Shown: one piece after another, positions 25,901 through 40,697 of the stretch
How positions within the stretch are numbered: position 1 is the first letter of the stretch
Layout: every line of letters begins with the position of its first letter
NCBI GenBank assembly: GCA_964057225.1
Contig: OZ059900.1
Location: forward strand, 15,500,001-15,564,000
DNA from: Auanema rhodensis
Lineage: Eukaryota > Animalia > Nematoda
Direction: 5' to 3'
DNA: 64,000 nt
Notes under the pieces: generated by a model
Databases searched by the model: none
What the model was told of the DNA's origin: nothing
The model's input: the letters and a program-made list of their open reading frames with translations, nothing else
Made by a program: the position numbers and the translations under genes

Positions 25901-28900
25901 CAAAACCTTGTTTACAGCGAAATTTCCAAAAACTGGTTTTCCAGCATAATAAAATATTTCTCATGGGAAATACTGTGTTTTTGTATTTTTCTAGTGTTCA
26001 GCATGTGAAATGCTTCATTTTAGTATGTAACACGCTGAAATTCGTTGCATTTGACGACTCATATGAACAAAAATCGATTTAATCAATATTAGCCATAAAG
26101 GGCGTGCCCTCAGAATATGCTAATTTCCTTAATTTTCTAACCCCTGTTTTTTTGTCGTGAAAGTGGAACTAGACATTGTATTAACAATTTTGAGCTAGGT
26201 TTCATTGACATTGCATGAGTTTGAACACATGAAATCGTAAGTCAAAACCTTGTTTACAGCGAAATTTCCAAAAACTGGTTTTCCAGCATAATAAAATATT
26301 TCTCATGGGTATTACTGTGTTTTTGTATTTTTCTAGTGTTCAGCATGTAAAATGCTTCATTTTAGTATGTAACACGCTGAAATTCGTTGCATTTGACGAC
26401 TCATATGAACAAAAATCGATTTAATCAATATTAGCCATAAGGGGCGTGCCCTCAGAATATGCTAATTTCCTTAATTTTCTAACCCCTGTTTTTTTGTCGT
26501 GAAAGTGGAACTAGACGTTGTACGAACAATTTTGAGCTAGGTTTCATTGACATTGCATGAGTTTGAACACATGAAATCGTAAGTCAAAACCTTGTTTACA
26601 GCGAAATTTCCAAGAACTGGTTTTCCAGCATAATAAAATATTTCTCATGGGAAATACTGTGTTTTTGTTTTTTTCTAGTGTTCAGCATGTAAAATGCTTC
26701 ATTTTAGTATGTAACACGCTGAAATTCGTTGCATTTGACGACTCATATGAACAAAAATCGATTTAATCAATATTAGCCATAAGGGGCGTGCCCTCAGAAT
26801 ATGCTAATTTCCTTAATTTTCTAACCCCTGTTTTTTTGTCGTGAAAGTGGAACCAGACGTTGTACGAACAATTTTGAGCTAGGTTTCATTGACATTGCAT
26901 GAGTTTGAACACATGAAATCGTAAGTCAAAACCTTGTTTACAGCGAAATTTCCAAAAACTGGTTTTCCAGCATAATAAAATATTTCTCATGGGAAATACT
27001 GTGTTTTTGTATTTTTCTAGTGTTCAGCATGTGAAATGCTTCATTTTAGTATGTAACACGCTGAAATTCGTTGCATTTGACGACTCATATGAACAAAAAT
27101 CGATTTAATCAATATTAGCCATAAAGAGCGTGCCCTCAGAATATGCTAATTTCCTTAATTTTCTAACCCCTGTTTTTTTGTCGTGAAAGTGGAACTAGAC
27201 GTTGTAGGAACAATTTTGAGCTAGGTTTCATTGACATTGCATGAGTTTGAACACATGAAATCGTAAGTCAAAACCTTGTTTACAGCGAAATTTCCAAAAA
27301 CTGGTTTTCCAGCATAATAAAATATTTCTCATGGGAAATACTGTGTTTTTGTATTTTTCTAGTGTTCAGCATGTAAAATGCTTCATTTTAGTATGTAACA
27401 CGCTGAAATTCGTTGCATTTGACGACTCATATGAACAAAAATCGATTTAATCAATATTAGCCATAAGGGGCGTGCCCTCAGAATATGCTAATTTCCTTAA
27501 TTTTCTAACCCCTGTTTTTTTGTCGTGAAAGTGGAACTAGACGTTGTACGAACAATTTTGAGCTAGGTTTCATTGACATTGCATGAGTTTGAACACATGA
27601 AATCGTAAGTCAAAACCTTGTTTACAGCGAAATTTCCAAAAACTGGTTTTCCAGCATAATAAAATATTTCTCATGGGAAATACTGTGTTTTTGTATTTTT
27701 CTAGTGTTCAGCATGTAAAATGCTTCATTTTAGTATGTAACACGCTGAAATTCGTTGCATTTGACGACTCATATGAACAAAAATCGATTTAATCAATATT
27801 AGCCATAAGGGGCGTGCCCTCAGAATATGCTAATTTCCTTAATTTTCTAACCCCTGTTTTTTTGTCGTGAAAGTGGAACTAGACGTTGTACGAACAATTT
27901 TGAGCTAGGTTTCATTGACATTGCATGAGTTTGAACACATGAAATCGTAAGTCAAAACCTTGTTTACAGCGAAATTTCCAAAAACTGGTTTTCCAGCATA
28001 ATAGAATATTTCTCATGGGAAATACTGTGTTTTTGTATTTTTCTAGTGTTCAGCATGTAAAATGCTTCATTTTAGTATGTAACACGCTGAAATTCGTTGC
28101 ATTTGACGATTCATATGAACAAAAATCGATTTAATCAATATTAGCCATAAGGGGCGTGCCCTCAGAATATGCTAATTTCCTTAATTTTCTAACCCCTGTT
28201 TTTTTGTCGTGAAAGTGGAACTAGACGTTGTACGAACAATTTTGAGCTAGGTTTCATTGACATTGCATGAGTTTGAACACATGAAATCGTAAGTCAAAAC
28301 CTTGTTTACAGCGAAATTTCCAAAAACTGGTTTTCCAGCATAATAAAATATTTCTCATGGGAAATACTGTGTTTTTGTATTTTTCTAGTGTTCAGCATGT
28401 AAAATGCTTCATTTTAGTATGTAACACGCTGAAATTCGTTGCATTTGACGACTCATATGAACAAAAATCGATTTAATCAATATTAGCCATAAGGGGCGTG
28501 CCCTCAGAATATGCTAATTTCCTTAATTTTCTAATCCCTGTTTTTTTGTCGTGAAAGTGGAACTAGACATTGTATTAACAATTTTGAGCTAGGTTTCATT
28601 GACATTGCATGAGTTTGAACACATGAAATCGTAAGTCAAAACCTTGTTTACAGCGAAATTTCCAAAAACTGGTTTTCCAGCATAATAAAATATTTCTGAT
28701 GGGAAATACTGTGTTTTTGTATTTTTCTAGTGTTCAGCATGTAAAATGCTTCATTTTAGTATGTAACACGCTGAAATTCGTTGCATTTGACGACTCATAT
28801 GAACAAAAATCGATTTAATCAATATTAGCCATAAGGGGCGTGCCCTCAGAATATGCTAATTTCCTTAATTTTCTAACCCCTGTTTTTTAGTCGTGAAAGT

Positions 28901-31900
28901 GGAACTAGACGTTGTACGAACAATTTTGAGCTAGGTTTCATTGACATTGCATGAGTTTGAACACATGAAATCGTAAGTCAAAACCTTGTTTACAGCGAAA
29001 TTTCCAAAAACTGGTTTTCCAGCATAATAAAATATTTCTCATGGGAAATACTGTGTTTTTGTATTTTTCTAGTGTTCAGCATGTAAAATGCTTCATTTTA
29101 GTATGTAACACGCTGAAATTCGTTGCATTTGACGACTCATATGAACAAAAATCGATTTAATCAATATTAGCCATAAGGGGCGTGCCCTCAGAATATGCTA
29201 ATTTCCTTAATTTTCTAACCCCAGTTTTTTTGTCGTGAAAGTGGAACTAGACGTTGTACGAACAATTTTGAGCTAGGTTTCATTGACATTGCATGAGTTT
29301 GAACACATGAAATCGTAAGTCAAAACCTTGTTTACAGCGAAATTTTCAAAAACTGGTTTTCCAGCATAATAAAATATTTCTCATGGGAAATACTGTGTTT
29401 TTGTATTTTTCTAGTGTTCAGCATGTAAAATGCTTCATTTTAGTATGTAACACGCTGAAATTCGTTGCATTTGACGACTCATATGAACAAAAATCGATTT
29501 AATCAATATTAGCCATAAGGGGCGTGCCCTCAGAATATGCTAATTTCCTTAATTTTCTAACCCCTGTTTTTTTGTCGTGAAAGTGGAACTAGACGTTGTA
29601 CGAACAATTTTGAGCTAGGTTTCATTGACATTGCATGAGTTTGAACACATGAAATCGTAAGTCAAAACCTTGTTTACAGCGAAATTTCCAAAAACTGGTT
29701 TTCCAGCATAATAAAATATTTCTCATGGGAAATACTGTGTTTTTGTATTTTTCTAGTGTTCAGCATGTAAAATGCTTCATTTTAGTATGTAACACGCTGA
29801 AATTCGTTGCATTTGACGACTCATATGAACAAAAATCGATTTAATCAATATTAGCCATAAGGCGCGTGCCCTCAGAATATGCTAATTTCCTTAATTTTCT
29901 AACCCCTGTTTTTTAGTCGTGAAAGTGGAACTAGACGTTGTACGAACAATTTTGAGCTAGGTTTCATTGACATTGCATGAGTTTGAACACATGAAATCGT
30001 AAGTCAAAACCTTGTTTACAGCGAAATTTCCAAAAACTGGTTTTCCAGCATAATAAAATATTTCTGATGGGAAATACTGTGTTTTTGTATTTTTCTAGTG
30101 TTCAGCATGTAAAATGCTTCATTTTAGTATGTAACACGCTGAAATTCGTTGCATTTGACGACTCATATGAACAAAAATCGATTTAATCAATATTAGCCAT
30201 AAAGGGCGTGCCCTCAGAATATGCTAATTTCCTTAATTTTCTAACCCCTGTTTTTTTGTCGTGAAAGTGGAACTAGACATTGTATTAACAATTTTGAGCT
30301 AGGTTTCATTGACATTGCATGAGTTTGAACACATGAAATCGTAAGTCAAAACCTTGTTTACAGCGAAATTTCCAAAAACTGGTTTTCCAGCATAATAAAA
30401 TATTTCTCATGGGTATTACTGTGTTTTTGTATTTTTCTAGTGTTCAGCATGTAAAATGCTTCATTTTAGTATGTAACACGCTGAAATTCGTTGCATTTGA
30501 CGACTCATATGAACAAAAATCGATTTAATCAATATTAGCCATAAGGGGCGTGCCCTCAGAATATGCTAATTTCCTTAATTTTCTAACCCCTGTTTTTTTG
30601 TCGTGAAAGTGGAACTAGACGTTGTACGAACAATTTTGAGCTAGGTTTCATTGACATTGCATGAGTTTGAACACATGAAATCGTAAGTCAAAACCTTGTT
30701 TACAGCGAAATTTCCAAAAACTGGTTTTCCAGCATAATAAAATATTTCTCATGGGAAATACTGTGTTTTTGTATTTTTCTAGTGTTCAGCATGTAAAATG
30801 CTTCATTTTAGTATGTAACACGCTGAAATTTGTTGCATTTGACGACTCATATGAACAAAAATCGATTTAATCAATATTAGCCATAAGGGGCGTGCCCTCA
30901 GAATATGCTAATTTCCTTAATTTTCTAACCCCTGTTTTTTTGTCGTGAAAGTGGAACCAGACGTTGTATTAACAATTTTGAGCTAGGTTTCATTGACATT
31001 GCATGAGTTTGAACACATGAAATCGTAAGTCAAAACCTTGTTTACAGCGAAATTTCCAAAAACTGGTTTTCCAGCATAATAAAATATTTCTCATGGGAAA
31101 TACTGTGTTTTTGTATTTTTCTAGTGTTCAGCATGTAAAATGCTTCATTTTAGTATGTAACACGCTGAAATTCGTTGCATTTGACGACTCATATGAACAA
31201 AAATCGATTTAATCAATATTAGCCATAAAGGGCGTGCCCTCAGAATATGCTAATTTCCTTAATTTTCTAACCCCTGTTTTTTTGTCGTGAAAGTGGAACT
31301 AGACATTGTATTAACAATTTTGAGCTAGGTTTCATTGACATTGCATGAGTTTGAACACATGAAATCGTAAGTCAAAACCTTGTTTACAGCGAAATTTCCA
31401 AAAACTGGTTTTCCAGCATAATAAAATATTTCTCATGGGTATTACTGTGTTTTTGTATTTTTCTAGTGTTCAGCATGTAAAATGCTTCATTTTAGTATGT
31501 AACACGCTGAAATTCGTTGCATTTGACGACTCATATGAACAAAAATCGATTTAATCAATATTAGCCATAAAGGGCGTGCCCTCAGAATATGCTAATTTCC
31601 TTAATTTTCTAACCCCTGTTTTTTTGTCGTGAAAGTGGAACTAGACATTGTATTAACAATTTTGAGCTAGGTTTCATTGACATTGCATGAGTTTGAACAC
31701 ATGAAATCGTAAGTCAAAACCTTGTTTACAGCGAAATTTCCAAAAACTGGTTTTCCAGCATAATAAAATATTTCTCATGGGTATCACTGTGTTTTTGTAT
31801 TTTTCTAGTGTTCAGCATGTAAAATGCTTCATTTTAGTATGTAACACGCTGAAATTCGTTGCATTTGACGACTCATATGAACAAAAATCGATTTAATCAA

Positions 31901-34199
31901 TATTAGCCATAAAGGGCGTGCCCTCAGAATATGCTAATTTCCTTAATTTTCTAACCCCTGTTTTTTTGTCGTGAAAGTGGAACTAGACATTGTATTAACA
32001 ATTTTGAGCTAGGTTTCATTGACATTGCATGAGTTTGAACACATGAAATCGTAAGTCAAAACCTTGTTTACAGCGAAATTTCCAAAAACTGGTTTTCCAG
32101 CATAATAAAATATTTCTCATGGGTATTACTGTGTTTTTGTATTTTTCTAGTGTTCAGCATGTAAAATGCTTCATTTTAGTATGTAACACGCTGAAATTCG
32201 TTGCATTTGACGACTCATATGAACAAAAATCGATTTAATCAATATTAGCCATAAGGGGCGTGCCCTCAGAATATGCTAATTTCCTTAATTTTCTAACCCC
32301 TGTTTTTTTGTCGTGAAAGTGGAACTAGACGTTGTACGAACAATTTTGAGCTAGGTTTCATTGACATTGCATGAGTTTGAACACATGAAATCGTAAGTCA
32401 AAACCTTGTTTACAGCGAAATTTCCAAAAACTGGTTTTCCAGCATAATAAAATATTTCTCATGGGAAATACTGTGTTTTTGTATTTTTCTAGTGTTCAGC
32501 ATGTAAAATGCTTCATTTTAGTATGTAACACGCTGAAATTTGTTGCATTTGACGACTCATATGAACAAAAATCGATTTAATCAATATTAGCCATAAGGGG
32601 CGTGCCCTCAGAATATGCTAATTTCCTTAATTTTCTAACCCCTGTTTTTTTGTCGTGAAAGTGGAACCAGACGTTGTACGAACAATTTTGAGCTAGGTTT
32701 CATTGACATTGCATGAGTTTGAACACATGAAATCGTAAGTCAAAACCTTGTTTACAGCGAAATTTCCAAAAACTGGTTTTCCAGCATAATAAAATATTTC
32801 TCATGGGAAATACTGTGTTTTTGTATTTTTCTAGTGTTCAGCATGTGAAATGCTTCATTTTAGTATGTAACACGCTGAAATTCGTTGCATTTGACGACTC
32901 ATATGAACAAAAATCGATTTAATCAATATTAGCCATAAAGGGCGTGCCCTCAGAATGTGCTAATTTCCTTAATTTTCTAACCCCTGTTTTTTTGTCGTGA
33001 AAGTGGAACTAGACGTTGTAGGAACAATTTTGAGCTAGGTTTCATTGACATTGCATGAGTTTGAACACATGAAATCGTAAGTCAAAACCTTGTTTACAGC
33101 GAAATTTCCAAAAACTGGTTTTCCAGCATAATAAAATATTTCTCATGGGAAATACTGTGTTTTTGTATTTTTCTAGTGTTCAGCATGTAAAATGCTTCAT
33201 TTTAGTATGTAACACGCTGAAATTCGTTGCATTTGACGACTCATATGAACAAAAATCGATTTAATCAATATTAGCCATAAGGGGCGTGCCCTCAGAATAT
33301 GCTAATTTCCTTAATTTTCTAACCCCTGTTTTTTTGTCGTGAAAGTGGAACTAGACGTTGTACGAACAATTTTGAGCTAGGTTTCATTGACATTGCATGA
33401 GTTTGAACACATGAAATCGTAAGTCAAAACCTTGTTTACAGCGAAATTTCCAAAAACTGGTTTTCCAGCATAATAAAATATTTCTCATGGGAAATACTGT
33501 GTTTTTGTATTTTTCTAGTGTTCAGCATGTAAAATGCTTCATTTTAGTATGTAACACGCTGAAATTCGTTGCATTTGACGACTCATATGAACAAAAATCG
33601 ATTTAATCAATATTAGCCATAAAGGGCGTGCCCTCAGAATATGCTAATTTCCTTAATTTTCTAACCCCTGTTTTTTTGTCGTGAAAGTGGAACTAGACAT
33701 TGTATTAACAATTTTGAGCTAGGTTTCATTGACATTGCATGAGTTTGAACACATGAAATCGTAAGTCAAAACCTTGTTTACAGCGAAATTTCCAAAAACT
33801 GGTTTTCCAGCATAATAAAATATTTCTCATGGGTATTACTGTGTTTTTGTATTTTTCTAGTGTTCAGCATGTAAAATGCTTCATTTTAGTATGTAACACG
33901 CTGAAATTCGTTGCATTTGACGACTCATATGAACAAAAATCGATTTAATCAATATTAGCCATAAGGGGCGTGCCCTCAGAATATGCTAATTTCCTTAATT
34001 TTCTAACCCCTGTTTTTTTGTCGCGAAAGTGGAACTAGACGTTGTACGAACAATTTTGAGCTAGGTTTCATTGACATTGCATGAGTTTGAACACATGAAA
34101 TCGTAAGTCAAAACCTTGTTTACAGCGAAATTTCCAAAAACTGGTTTTCCAGCATAATAAAATATTTCTCATGGGAAATACTGTGTTTTTGTATTTTTC
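22914..34199 (+). repeat. Large segmental duplication within the array, copy 2 (M68-M100)
   Basis: Same ordered rare variants as 1-11627. The initial offset is 22,913 bp (67 monomers minus 1 bp) and it shifts by whole monomers at four internal points. Confidence 0.9.
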
Positions 34200-37100
34200 T
34201 AGTGTTCAGCATGTAAAATGCTTCATTTCAGTATGTAACACGCTGAAATTCGTTGCATTTGACGACTCATATGAACAAAAATCGATTTAATCAATATTAG
34301 CCATAAAGGGCGTGCCCTCAGAATATGCTAATTTCCTTAATTTTCTAACCCCTGTTTTTTTGTCGTGAAAGTGGAACTAGACATTGTATTAACAATTTTG
34401 AGCTAGGTTTCATTGACATTGCATGACTTTGAACACATGAAATCGTAAGTCAAAACCTTGTTTACAGCGAAATTTCCAAAAACTGGTTTTCCAGCATAAT
34501 AAAATATTTCTCATGGGTATTACTGTGTTTTTGTATTTTTCTAGTGTTCAGCATGTAAAATGCTACATTTTAGTATGTAACACGCTGAAATTCGTTGCAT
34601 TTGACGACTCATATGAACAAAAATCGATTTAATCAATATTAGCCATAAGGGGCGTGCCCTCAGAATATGCTAATTTCCTTAATTTTCTAACCCCTGTTTT
34701 TTTGTCGTGAAAGTGGAACTAGACGTTGTACGAACAATTTTGAGCTAGGTTTCATTGACATTGCATGAGTTTGAACACATGAAATCGTAAGTCAAAACCT
34801 TGTTTACAGCGAAATTTCCAAAAACTGGTTTTCCAGCATAATAAAATATTTCTCATGGGAAATACTGTGTTTTTGTATTTTTCTAGTGTTCAGCATGTAA
34901 AATGCTTCATTTTAGTATGTAACACGCTGAAATTCGTTGCATTTGACGACTCATATGAACAAAAATCGATTTAATCAATATTAGCCATAAAGGGCGTGCC
35001 CTCAGAATATGCTAATTTCCTTAATTTTCTAACCCCTGTTTTTTTGTCGTGAAAGTGGAACTAGACGTTGTAGGAACAATTTTGAGCTAGGTTTCATTGA
35101 CATTGCATGAGTTTGAACACATGAAATCGTAAGTCAAAACCTTGTTTACAGCGAAATTTTCAAAAACTGGTTTTCCAGCATAATAAAATATTTCTCATGG
35201 GAAATACTGTGTTTTTGTATTTTTCTAGTGTTCAGCATGTAAAATGCTTCATTTTAGTATGTAACACGCTGAAATTCGTTGCATTTGACGACTCATATGA
35301 ACAAAAATCGATTTAATCAATATTAGCCATAAGGGGCGTGCCCTCAGAATATGCTAATTTCCTTAATTTTCTAACCCCTGTTTTTTTGTCGTGAAAGTGG
35401 AACTAGACGTTGTACGAACAATTTTGAGCTAGGTTTCATTGACATTGCATGAGTTTGAACACATGAAATCGTAAGTCAAAACCTTGTTTACAGCGAAATT
35501 TCCAAAAACTGGTGTTCCAGCATAATAAAATATTTCTCATGGGAAATACTGTGTTTTTGTATTTTTCTAGTGTTCAGCATGTAAAATGCTTCATTTTAGT
35601 ATGTAACACGCTGAAATTCGTTGCATTTGACGACTCATATGAACAAAAATCGATTTAATCAATATTAGCCATAAGGGGCGTGCCCTCAGAATATGCTAAT
35701 TTCCTTAATTTTCTAACCCCTGTTTTTTTGTCGTGAAAGTGGAACCAGACGTTGTACGAACAATTTTGAGCTAGGTTTCATTGACATTGCATGAGTTTGA
35801 ACACATGAAATCGTAAGTCAAAACCTTGTTTACAGCGAAATTTCCAAAAACTGGTTTTCCAGCATAATAAAATATTTCTCATGGGAAATACTGTGTTTTT
35901 GTATTTTTCTAGTGTTCAGCATGTGAAATGCTTCATTTTAGTATGTAACACGCTGAAATTCGTTGCATTTGACGACTCATATGAACAAAAATCGATTTAA
36001 TCAATATTAGCCATAAAGGGCGTGCCCTCAGAATATGCTAATTTCCTTAATTTTCTAACCCCTGTTTTTTTGTCGTGAAAGTGGAACTAGACGTTGTAGG
36101 AACAATTTTGAGCTAGGTTTCATTGACATTGCATGAGTTTGAACACATGAAATCGTAAGTCAAAACCTTGTTTACAGCGAAATTTCCAAAAACTGGTTTT
36201 CCAGCATAATAAAATATTTCTCATGGGAAATACTGTGTTTTTGTATTTTTCTAGTGTTCAGCATGTGAAATGCTTCATTTTAGTATGTAACACGCTGAAA
36301 TTCGTTGCATTTGACGACTCATATGAACAAAAATCGATTTAATCAATATTAGCCATAAGGGGCGTGCCCTCAGAATATGCTAATTTCCTTAATTTTCTAA
36401 CCCCTGTTTTTTTGTCGTGAAAGTGGAACTAGACGTTGTACGAACAATTGTGAGCTAGGTTTCATTGACATTGCATGAGTTTGAACACATGAAATCGTAA
36501 GTCAAAACCTTGTTTACAGCGAAATTTCCAAAAACTGGTTTTCCAGCATAATAAAATATTTCTCATGGGAAATACTGTGTTTTTGTATTTTTCTAGTGTT
36601 CAGCATGTAAAATGCTTCATTTTAGTATGTAACACGCTGAAATTCGTTGCATTTGACGACTCATATGAACAAAAATCGATTTAATCAATATTAGCCATAA
36701 AGGGCGTGCCCTTAGAATATGCTAATTTCCTTAATTTTCTAACCCCTGTTTTTTTGTCGTGAAAGTGGAACTAGACATTGTATTAACAATTTTGAGCTAG
36801 GTTTCATTGACATTGCATGAGTTTGAACACATGAAATCGTAAGTCAAAACCTTGTTTACAGCGAAATTTCCAAAAACTGGTTTTCCAGCATAATAAAATA
36901 TTTCTCATGGGAAATACTGTGTTTTTGTATTTTTCTAGTGTTCAGCATGTGAAATGCTTCATTTTAGTATGTAACACGCTGAAATTCGTTGCATTTGACG
37001 ACTCATATGAACAAAAATCGATTTAATCAATATTAGCCATAAAGGGCGTGCCCTCAGAATATGCTAATTTCCTTAATTTTCTAACCCCTGTTTTTTTGTC

Positions 37101-40100
37101 GTGAAAGTGGAACTAGACGTTGTAGGAACAATTTTGAGCTAGGTTTCATTGACATTGCATGAGTTTGAACACATGAAATCGTAAGTCAAAACCTTGTTTA
37201 CAGCGAAATTTCCAAAAACTGGTTTTCCAGCATAATAAAATATTTCTCATGGGAAATACTGTGTTTTTGTATTTTTCTAGTGTTCAGCATGTAAAATGCT
37301 TCATTTTAGTATGTAACACGCTGAAATTCGTTGCATTTGACGACTCATATGAACAAAAATCGATTTAATCAATATTAGCCATAAAGGGCGTGCCCTCAGA
37401 ATATGCTAATTTCCTTAATTTTCTAACCCCTGTTTTTTTGTCGTGAAAGTGGAACTAGACATTGTATTAACAATTTTGAGCTAGGTTTCATTGACATTGC
37501 ATGAGTTTGAACACATGAAATCGTAAGTCAAAACCTTGTTTACAGCGAAATTTCCAAAAACTGGTTTTCCAGCATAATAAAATATTTCTCATGGGTATTA
37601 CTGTGTTTTTGTATTTTTCTAGTGTTCAGCATGTAAAATGCTTCATTTTAGTATGTAACACGCTGAAATTCGTTGCATTTGACGACTCATATGAACAAAA
37701 ATCGATTTAATCAATATTAGCCATAAGGGGCGTGCCCTCAGAATATGCTAATTTCCTTAATTTTCTAACCCCTGTTTTTTTGTCGTGAAAGTGGAACTAG
37801 ACGTTGTACGAACAATTTTGAGCTAGGTTTCATTGACATTGCATGAGTTTGAACACATGAAATCGTAAGTCAAAACCTTGTTTACAGCGAAATTTCCAAA
37901 AACTGGTTTTCCAGCATAATAAAATATTTCTCATGGGAAATACTGTGTTTTTGTATTTTTCTAGTGTTCAGCATGTAAAATGCTTCATTTTAGTATGTAA
38001 CACGCTGAAATTCGTTGCATTTGACGACTCATATGAACAAAAATCGATTTAATCAATATTAGCCATAAGGGGCGTGCCCTCAGAATATGCTAATTTCCTT
38101 AATTTTCTAACCCCTGTTTTTTTGTCGTGAAAGTGGAACCAGACGTTGTACGAACAATTTTGAGCTAGGTTTCATTGACATTGCATGAGTTTGAACACAT
38201 GAAATCGTAAGTCAAAACCTTGTTTACAGCGAAATTTCCAAAAACTGGTTTTCCAGCATAATAAAATATTTCTCATGGGAAATACTGTGTTTTTGTATTT
38301 TTCTAGTGTTCAGCATGTAAAATGCTTCATTTTAGTATGTAACACGCTGAAATTCGTTGCATTTGACGACTCATATGAACAAAAATCGATTTAATCAATA
38401 TTAGCCATAAGGGGCGTGCCCTCAGAATATGCTAATTTCCTTAATTTTCTAACCCCTGTTTTTTTGTCGTGAAAGTGGAACTAGACGTTGTACGAACAAT
38501 TTTGAGCTGGGTTTCATTGACATTGCATGAGTTTGAACACATGAAATCGTAAGTCAAAACCTTGTTTACAGCGAAATTTCCAAAAACTGGTTTTCCAGCA
38601 TAATAAAATATTTCTCATGAGAAATACTGTGTTTTTGTATTTTTCTAGTGTTCAGCATGTAAAATGCTTCATTTTAGTATGTAACACGCTGAAATTCGTT
38701 GCATTTGACGACTCATATGAACAAAAATCGATTTAATCAATATTAGCCATAAGGGGCGTGCCCTCAGAATATGCTAATTTCCTTAATTTTCTAACCCCTG
38801 TTTTTTTGTCGTGAAAGTGGAACTAGACGTTGTACGAACAATTTTGAGCTAGGTTTCATTTACATTGCATGAGTTTGAACACATGAAATCGTAAGTCAAA
38901 ACCTTGTTTACAGCGAAATTTCCAAAAACTGGTTTTCCAGCATAATAAAATATTTCTCATGGGAAATACTGTGTTTTTGTATTTTTCTAGTGTTCAGCAT
39001 GTAAAATGCTTCATTTTAGTATGTAACACGCTGAAATTCGTTGCATTTGATGACTCATATGAACAAAAATCGATTTAATCAATATTAGCCATAAGGGGCG
39101 TGCCCTCAGAATATGCTAATTTCCTTAATTTTCTAACCCCTGTTTTTTTGTCGTGAAAGTGGAACTAGACGTTGTACGAACAATTTTGAGCTGGGTTTCA
39201 TTGACATTGCATGAGTTTGAACACATGAAATCGTAAGTCAAAACCTTGTTTACAGCGAAATTTCCAAAAACTGGTTTTCCAGCATAATAAAATATTTCTC
39301 ATGGGAAATACTGTGTTTTTGTATTTTTCTAGTGTTCAGCATGTAAAATGCTTCATTTTAGTATGTAACACGCTGAAATTCGTTGCATTTGACGACTCAT
39401 ATGAACAAAAATCGATTTAATCAATATTAGCCATAAGGGGCGTGCCCTCTGAATATGCTAATTTCCTTAATTTTCTAACCCCTGTTTTTTTGTCGTGAAA
39501 GTGGAACTAGACGTTGTACGAACAATTTTGAGCTAGGTTTCATTGACATTGCATGAGTTTGAACACATGAAATCGTAAGTCAAAACCTTGTTAACAGCGA
39601 AATTTCCAAAAACTGGTTTTTCAGCATAATAAAATATTTCTCATGAGAAATACTGTGTTTTTGTATTTTTCTAGTGTTCAGCATGTAAAATGCTTCATTT
39701 TAGTATGTAACACGCTGAAACTCGTTGCATTTGACGACTCATATGAACAAAAATCGATTTAATCAATATTAGCCATAAGGGGCGTGCCCTCAGAATATGC
39801 TAATTTCCTTAATTTTCTAACCCCTGTTTTTTTGTCGTGAAAGTGGAACCAGACGTTGTACGAACAATTTTGAGCTAGGTTTCATTGACATTGCATGAGT
39901 TTGAACACATGAAATCGTAAGTCAAAACCTTGTTTACAGCGAAATTTCCAAAAACTGGTTTTCCAGCATAATAAAATATTTCTCATGGGAAATACTGTGT
40001 TTTTGTATTTTTCTAGTGTTCAGCATGTAAAATGCTTCATTTTAGTATGTAACACGCTGAAATTCGTTGCATTTGACGACTCATATGAACAAAAACCGAT

Positions 40101-40697
40101 TTAATCAATATTAGCCATAAGGGGCGTGCCCTCAGAATATGCTAATTTCCTTAATTTTCTAACCCCTGTTTTTTTGTCGTGAAAGTGGAACCAGACGTTG
40201 TACGAACAATTTTGAGCTAGGTTTCATTGACATTGCATGAGTTTGAACACATGAAATCGTAAGTCAAAACCTTGTTTACAGCGAAATTTCCAAAAACTGG
40301 TTTTCCAGCATAATAAAATATTTCTCATGGGAAATACTGTGTTTTTGTATTTTTCTAGTGTTCAGCATGTAAAATGCTTCATTTTAGTATGTAACACGCT
40401 GAAATTCGTTGCATTTGACGACTCATATGAACAAAAATCGATTTAATCAATATTAGCCATAAGGGGCGTGCCCTCAGAATATGCTAATTTCCTTAATTTT
40501 CTAACCCCTGTTTTTTTGTCGTGAAAGTGGAACCAGACGTTGTACGAACAATTTTGAGCTAGGTTTCATTGACATTGCATGAGTTTGAACACATGAAATC
40601 GTAAGTCAAAACCTTGTTTACAGCGAAATTTCCAAAAACTGGTTTTCCAGCATAATAAAATATTTCTCATGGGAAATACTGTGTTTTTGTATTTTTC

